Source of the DNA: an uncultured Holophagales bacterium
GTDB lineage: Bacteria; Acidobacteriota; Thermoanaerobaculia; Multivoradales; UBA5704
Direction: 5' to 3'
Length of the DNA: 64,000 nucleotides
NCBI GenBank assembly: GCA_963842525.1
Contig: CAWJGT010000023.1
Location: forward strand, 363,594 to 427,593
In this document: piece by piece, positions 59,630-64,000 of the stretch
How positions within the stretch are numbered: the stretch's first letter is position 1
How the letters are laid out: every line of letters begins with the position of its first letter
Translations under genes and position numbers: made by a program
The notes under the pieces: model-generated
Told to the model about the DNA's origin: nothing
Databases searched by the model: none
Seen by the model: only the letters and a program-made list of their open reading frames with translations

Positions 59630-60933
59630 ATGAGCTACAACATCAAATTTGAGGATCGCACCCTGCGCGGTCTCCGCGTTCCCGAAGGTAAGGAAAGGCA
59701 GGAATGGAGTGACACCGTGGTCCCGGGGCTTCGCTTCCGCAAGAGCAATAAGGGGCATGGCTCCTTCTCCGTGGTCTACAGGGTCAAGGGCCAGGACAAG
59801 CAGGATCGCCGGACCATCGGACCCTTCCCCCGCGTCTCCCTCGCTCAGGCCCGCGAGGAGACTCGACAGGATCTTAACGCCGCCAGCTCGGGACGGGACC
59901 CGAAGAAGCTTCGGACGGCCCCTCCCGAGGCTCCCGAGGAACACCCGATGACCTTCACGGAGCTCTTCGGCTCTACATGGAGCGCCACGCTCGCGAACAT
60001 CTCGCGACTTGGTACGACGTCCAGCGGCGGGTACGCAAGGATGTGATTCCCGTCATCGGTCAGATGCCCGCCGGCGAGGTGCGCAAGCGCCATCTCCATC
60101 TGGTCATCGACCGGCTCGTCACCGGGGGGCACGCCGTCAGTGCTCGCGGCCTGCTGTTTGTGATCTCGGCTGTCTTCACCTGGGCCGAAGGGCGCGAGCT
60201 CGTCGAGTACAACCCGGTCCGGCGCTTCCCCTACCCCAAGCCGGCCGCCCCTCCGGAACGCAGGAGCCTCTCCGATGACCAGCTCCGGGCGCTGTGGTTT
60301 GCCCTCCTGGAGATCGCCGACCAGCCGGTGCCCGACAAACAGGCGGAGCTGCACAACGGCCAGTTCACTACGACCCGGGATCTCTTCGCTTTGGTGGTGC
60401 TGACGCGGCTCCTGCTGGGCCAGCGCACCACCGAAACCGTCGGCATGCGCCGCCAGGATCTGGAGGCTCAGTGGTGGAACCTGCCGGGCTACATCGGGCG
60501 GCGGCGGTACACGAAGACGGGACGGGATCACCGGGTGCCGCTGCTGCCGCTGTGGAGCGAGTATGTGCTGCCGCGCGTCGAGAGGTTGAGTGCCGGGCGG
60601 CCGTACGTCTTCCCCAGCGATCGGCTGCAGGATCAGCACCTCCACGCCGAGAGCATCACGTCGTTCTGTTCCCGGGTGTCGGCCAAGGTGGGCTTCCCCT
60701 TCGTGGCTCGCAACCTGCGGACGACGTTCCTGACTTCCATGGCTCGGCTTGGTGTGCCGCAGGAGGTCCGGCGGCGTCTGGTCAACCACACTGATGGGAC
60801 CATCGAAACGATTCACTACAACCTTTATGACTACGACGCCGAAAAGTGGGCGGCCGGGCTGCGCTGGGACGCTCATCTGCGCAGCATCTTCTACGGCGAG
60901 ACGGCGCAGGTAGCGCCCTCTCAGGCCGCCTAG
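59630..60933 (+). CDS. Tyrosine integrase with N-terminal arm-binding (DUF4102-like) domain (frameshift near 59968)
   Basis: D...PGL..R......SF...YR......RRTIGPFP.VSLAQAR; catalytic LLLGQR, KT, RNLRTT, NH and HYN.YDY. Confidence 0.85.
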
Positions 60934-60972
60934 GTGGCTAAAACCGGCTGCCTGCTTCCGGTTTTTCACGGG

Positions 60973-61000
60973 AAAACCGGCTGCGGGCAGCCGGTTTTTT
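60973..61000. terminator. Bidirectional intrinsic-terminator-like hairpin
   Basis: AAAACCGGCTGC-GG-GCAGCCGGTTTTTT between the convergent int and alpA genes. Confidence 0.6.
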
Positions 61001-61011
61001 CCGGAAAGTGG

Positions 61012-61263
61012 CTAGGCGACCCACTCGCGCCGGCCTTCTTGCCATTCGCGGAGCTTGTCCACGCGAAAGGCTTCCCGCCCTGGGCTGAGAGTGTCCGGGG
61101 CGGGGAATCGGCCGGCCGCGATTTCCCGCCGCAACGTGGACCGGGACAGGCTTGACCAGCTGATTACCTCGGGCCAGGTCATGAACCGAGGGAGCACCTC
61201 ACGGACGTTGGACAATGTGTGGCGGCTCGGCAAGGACTGCTGCGGTCTGCGGTCGTTTTTCAT
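61012..61263 (-). CDS. AlpA-family excisionase/regulator
   Basis: RFMTWPEVISWSSLSRSTLRREIAAGRFPAP..LSPGR.AF....LREW. Confidence 0.82.
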   Translation of the reverse strand: MKNDRRPQQSLPSRHTLSNVREVLPRFMTWPEVISWSSLSRSTLRREIAAGRFPAPDTLSPGREAFRVDKLREWQEGRREWVA

Positions 61264-61370
61264 GGTTTTCTCTGGCTTGATCCTGAATGCTACACTCCGC
61301 ACAGTGTATGTGTAGATCGACATTGATGTCAAGAGGAGAGCAGATGTTCCGGGCTTTTTCTGGCAGAGGC

Positions 61371-61399
61371 TTGCATATGCGGCCCGCAACATTTACCAT
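61371..61399 (+). promoter_or_regulatory. Sigma70 promoter for a leaderless XRE repressor mRNA
   Basis: TTGCAT-N17-TACCAT, then 7 nt to ATG 61407; no SD. Confidence 0.6.
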
Positions 61400-61406
61400 G
61401 TAGTTC

Positions 61407-61787
61407 ATGACTGCGACAGATCCCTTTGAAGGTCTAGGACAAGCGCTGGCCCACCTTCGGGAGCGGGCCGGCTTCGCGACGCAAAAGGATGCGGCAGAGG
61501 CTCTTGGCTTCGACCAGGGCCAGTTGTCGCGCTGGGAGAATGAGAATCCTCGGCCTACGCTCGAGAACCTCGGCCGCCTGCTTGCGGCTTACGGAGTTGG
61601 CCTGGCGGAGCTGGTGGCGCTCTTAGGAGAGGTCCGCCGGCCGAAGCGGAAGACTGTGGATGGACTGACCTATGAGACCGAGATGGCCCGGTTGAACGAG
61701 CTGCTTCGTCAGATGGTGGAAAACCAAGCCGAAGCAGAGAGCCGATTGAAGGCGCTCGAGGTGCTGGTGCGCGGGGGCAAGGGATAG
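61407..61787 (+). CDS. XRE-family HTH repressor
   Basis: LAHLRERAGFATQKDAAEALGFDQGQLSRWENENPRPTLENL. Confidence 0.88.
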   Translation: MTATDPFEGLGQALAHLRERAGFATQKDAAEALGFDQGQLSRWENENPRPTLENLGRLLAAYGVGLAELVALLGEVRRPKRKTVDGLTYETEMARLNELLRQMVENQAEAESRLKALEVLVRGGKG

Positions 61788-61798
61788 CCCGCTAGGCC

Positions 61799-61989
61799 GA
61801 AAGGGTGCAGCCTGCTGCGCCCTTTTCTGCCGAAAGGGCGCAATCCGCTTCGCCCTTTCCCGAGAAAGGGTGCAATCGGCTGCGCCCTTTCCCCGAGAAA
61901 ACGTGCAACGGGCTGCACCTTTTTCTGCGAGAAAACGTGCGATGGGCCGCGCCTTTCCGCGAGAAACGCGCGGTGGGCCGCACCTTTCC
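61799..61989. repeat. Six tandem palindromic units, ~33-bp period
   Basis: Consensus GAAAGGGTGCAnnnnGCTGCGCCCTTT(T/C)C starting at 61799, 61832, 61864, 61897, 61931 and 61963. Confidence 0.9.
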
Positions 61990-61990
61990 C

Positions 61991-62131
61991 GCGCGGGGAC
62001 GACCCAGAGGCACGGCGCTTTTCAGTGCAAGCGCTTGCGCCGGAGGACGGGACGGGGCAGCCAGGCCCTAGATAGGGCCATAGGTTCGCTACGCGACACC
62101 CTGCCCCCCTTATAGGTTAAATGTCGGACAG
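61991..62131 (+). repeat. Direct repeat copy 1 flanking rep
   Basis: Homologous to 63809-63949; last 50 bp differ at one position. Confidence 0.9.
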
Positions 62132-62255
62132 TGCCAGGCTCTGCTCTACCTGGGAAAGAGCTGGGCGGCTGGGACGGACATGGAGGGTCCTCGGGCGGAG
62201 CTGAGATGGACCGGCGTAGCGGTAGGGCCTCAACTGCCCGCCTGGATGCTCCCAA

Positions 62256-62343
62256 GAAAAGGTGCAATGGGCTTCCCCTTTTCTCGAAAAGGTGCAATGG
62301 GCTTCCCCTTTTCTTGAAAAGGTGCAATGGGCTTCGCCTTTTC
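62256..62343. repeat. Three 30-bp iteron-like repeats
   Basis: GAAAAGGTGCAATGGGCTTC(C/G)CCTTTTC at 62256, 62286 and 62316. Confidence 0.9.
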
Positions 62344-62393
62344 CTGGGGTGCTTGCAAGAGAGCGCCGGCCTCTCTAGGCTGAGCGGCTCAGA

Positions 62394-63827
62394 ATGAACG
62401 TTGATCTCTGGCCGCATCGGCTCTTCTGGATGGGGGATCCGCGGGCGGTGGCGTTTTTCAGTGTGAAAGTCCCGGTTGACGAGCTGGGACCCTGGCCCTG
62501 GACGGAGGAGTGGCGCCCCTGGCAGCAACGCTCGACATCCACGAAGCTGCTCGATGGGTGGTTCGGGAACAACAAGCAGCACCTCCGCCGCGACTCTTTC
62601 GCCGCTATCAACCGCTTCTATGGCTGGCACCGCGCCCAGGAGTATGTGGTCCGCCTGGGCGCGACTTTTGTGGATATCGACTGTGGCCGCAGCGCCTTCG
62701 ACCTTTCGGCCCTGGAGGCCGCGGACATTCTGCACGGGCTCGTGGATCTCGGCTTGCTGGTGCAGCCTTCGATGTTCCAGTTCTCCGGCCGGGGCTTATG
62801 GGCCTTCTGGCTCCTCCGCGACGAGGAGGACCCGAGCACGACGCCTTTCGCGAACGCCCACAACCGCGAGCTGTGGACGGCGCTTCAGCAGCACACGGCG
62901 GACACGATCGCGGAGGCTTTCCCGAGCCTGAAGCTGGACCGGCCGGCGGGCGAGCTGACCCGCGTGACTCGGCTGCATGGGAGTGTGAATCCCTCGGCCG
63001 GCCGGCGAGTGCGTTACGAGCTGCTCCCGAATGCGGCCGGCGAGCCGGTCCGCTACAGCCTGGAGGAGCTGGCCGAGCTCTACGGCCTGCGCTTTGGATG
63101 CCGCCGGCCTCTCGAGGAGTCCGAGGAGGACCGGCGAGATCTGGCGCTCGAAGCCCACCGCAGGCGAGAGGACGCGCGGGAGGAGGAACGTCGGCGGAAG
63201 GAGGCCGCCCAAGCTGGGGGCGGTCCGAGCCACTCGGAGCGGGGACGGCAGGGACACGTCAAGCTGTGGCGAAATCGGTTGCGCTTCCTCGATCGGGTGC
63301 GGGACGAAATCTATGGCGGTGTGATCCCCTGCGGCCACCGGTACCACATGCTCACCGCCTATGCCTACTGCTACGCGAAGCTGATGCGGGATTTTTCGGA
63401 GCTGGCGGGCAAGGTGGCGACGATCGGCCGCAAGTACTGCGCGCAGCCGGCGGGGGATCTGATCACGGATGCCGAGCTGCGGCGGATCACGGAGCACGCC
63501 CTGGGATGGGCTCGGGGCGGGCACCAGATCACGAACCGGAGGCTCGCGGCCTTTGCAGGCCTGGATCCGGTGGCGGACCGGGAGCGGATTGAGCGGCTCG
63601 GCTTGAATCTCTCGCCCGGGCCCAAGGGCCGCAACGAGCGAACGCAGTCGCGGCGCGAGCTGGCGCGAGAGATCTTGCAGGCGACGATGGACCGCGGCGA
63701 AGATCCGCCGAGCGCTCGGAAGCTCGCGCAGGTTCTCACGGATCAGGGGTGCGCCACCGGGCGATCGACCGCGCATGCGCTTCTGGTGGAGCTTTCGGCG
63801 GGGCTCGGGCGCGGGAATGACCCCTAG
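62394..63827 (+). CDS. Putative replication protein (AEP primase-like N-terminus, C-terminal HTH)
   Basis: INRFY, FVDIDC, PS...FSGRGLW.FW and RVTRLHGSVN; C-terminal PSARKLAQVL...GRSTA. Confidence 0.65.
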   Translation: MNVDLWPHRLFWMGDPRAVAFFSVKVPVDELGPWPWTEEWRPWQQRSTSTKLLDGWFGNNKQHLRRDSFAAINRFYGWHRAQEYVVRLGATFVDIDCGRSAFDLSALEAADILHGLVDLGLLVQPSMFQFSGRGLWAFWLLRDEEDPSTTPFANAHNRELWTALQQHTADTIAEAFPSLKLDRPAGELTRVTRLHGSVNPSAGRRVRYELLPNAAGEPVRYSLEELAELYGLRFGCRRPLEESEEDRRDLALEAHRRREDAREEERRRKEAAQAGGGPSHSERGRQGHVKLWRNRLRFLDRVRDEIYGGVIPCGHRYHMLTAYAYCYAKLMRDFSELAGKVATIGRKYCAQPAGDLITDAELRRITEHALGWARGGHQITNRRLAAFAGLDPVADRERIERLGLNLSPGPKGRNERTQSRRELAREILQATMDRGEDPPSARKLAQVLTDQGCATGRSTAHALLVELSAGLGRGNDP

Positions 63828-63949
63828 GCGCGGCGCTTTTCAGCGCAAGCGCTCGCGCCGAAAGGCGCGGACGGCCATATAGGGCATGATTTGGGTTCCA
63901 GGTTCGCTGCGCGACACCCTGCCCCCCTTATAGGTTAAATGTCGGACAG
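63809..63949 (+). repeat. Direct repeat copy 2 flanking rep
   Basis: Core AGGTTCGCTGCGCGACACCCTGCCCCCCTTATAGGTTAAATGTCGGACAG (63900-63949). Confidence 0.9.
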
Positions 63950-64000
63950 CCAGCCGGGCGCGAACCGGCACGCGACTCGGCCGGGGGAAACGACTTCAGG

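Larger units (their letters stand above)
59480..64000. mobile_element. Left part of a P4-like integrative element/satellite (int-alpA-XRE-rep)
   Basis: Arm-domain tyrosine integrase, AlpA, repressor, primase-like Rep and repeat arrays; left boundary approximate, right end outside the window. Confidence 0.75.

Noticed and set aside
6861-60933. Programmed ribosomal frameshifting in hhyL, hypE, kinase, ECF, NACHT, integrase and others
   Set aside because: No consistent slippery sites, and indels are pervasive in unrelated genes; sequencing error is the simpler explanation.
61799-62343. Mini-CRISPR arrays in the mobile element
   Set aside because: Palindromic units are separated by only 2-5 nt, so there are no spacers.

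Overview
GC-rich bacterial chromosomal window. The gene content (ECF sigma/Ser-Thr kinase pair, KKLxLxxETL-leader peptides, REP palindromes) suggests a soil Acidobacteriota (Thermoanaerobaculia-like) genome; this is inference only. Many genes carry indel frameshifts, and about 13.4-17.2 kb and 58.2-59.4 kb are heavily corrupted, probably from low-coverage long-read consensus errors. From left to right: (1) a partial trypsin-like protease, an AraC regulator, and a standalone LanC-like cyclase with two duplicated Cys/Thr-rich precursor peptides and no dehydratase in view; (2) a BNR-repeat/ThiS-like/VOC operon; (3) a group 1h (high-affinity) [NiFe]-hydrogenase operon, hhySL-maturation protease-hypAB-(PAS/GAF hybrid kinase)-hypFC-2xSIS-hypDE; (4) secreted proteins, a kinase-TPR/ECF pair and an orphan lanthipeptide-like precursor; (5) a ~700-bp non-coding array of 35 AGCT-centred units with strict 20/20/21-bp phasing that inverts at its centre, directly downstream of an unknown gene with SymE/SymR-like cis-antisense architecture (the best candidate for an undescribed system); (6) a DUF4062-NACHT-FGE-sulfatase gene whose 3' end looks like a remote DGR variable region; (7) a nitrilase-like unknown; (8) a complete group II intron (40383-42399) inserted in frame in a two-domain PT-linker gene; (9) two tandem paralogous giant Ig-repeat surface proteins; (10) an MNT-HEPN module; (11) the left part of a P4-like integrative element (integrase, AlpA, XRE repressor, primase-like Rep flanked by 141-bp direct repeats, and palindromic arrays). 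No rRNA, tRNA or CRISPR array was seen.
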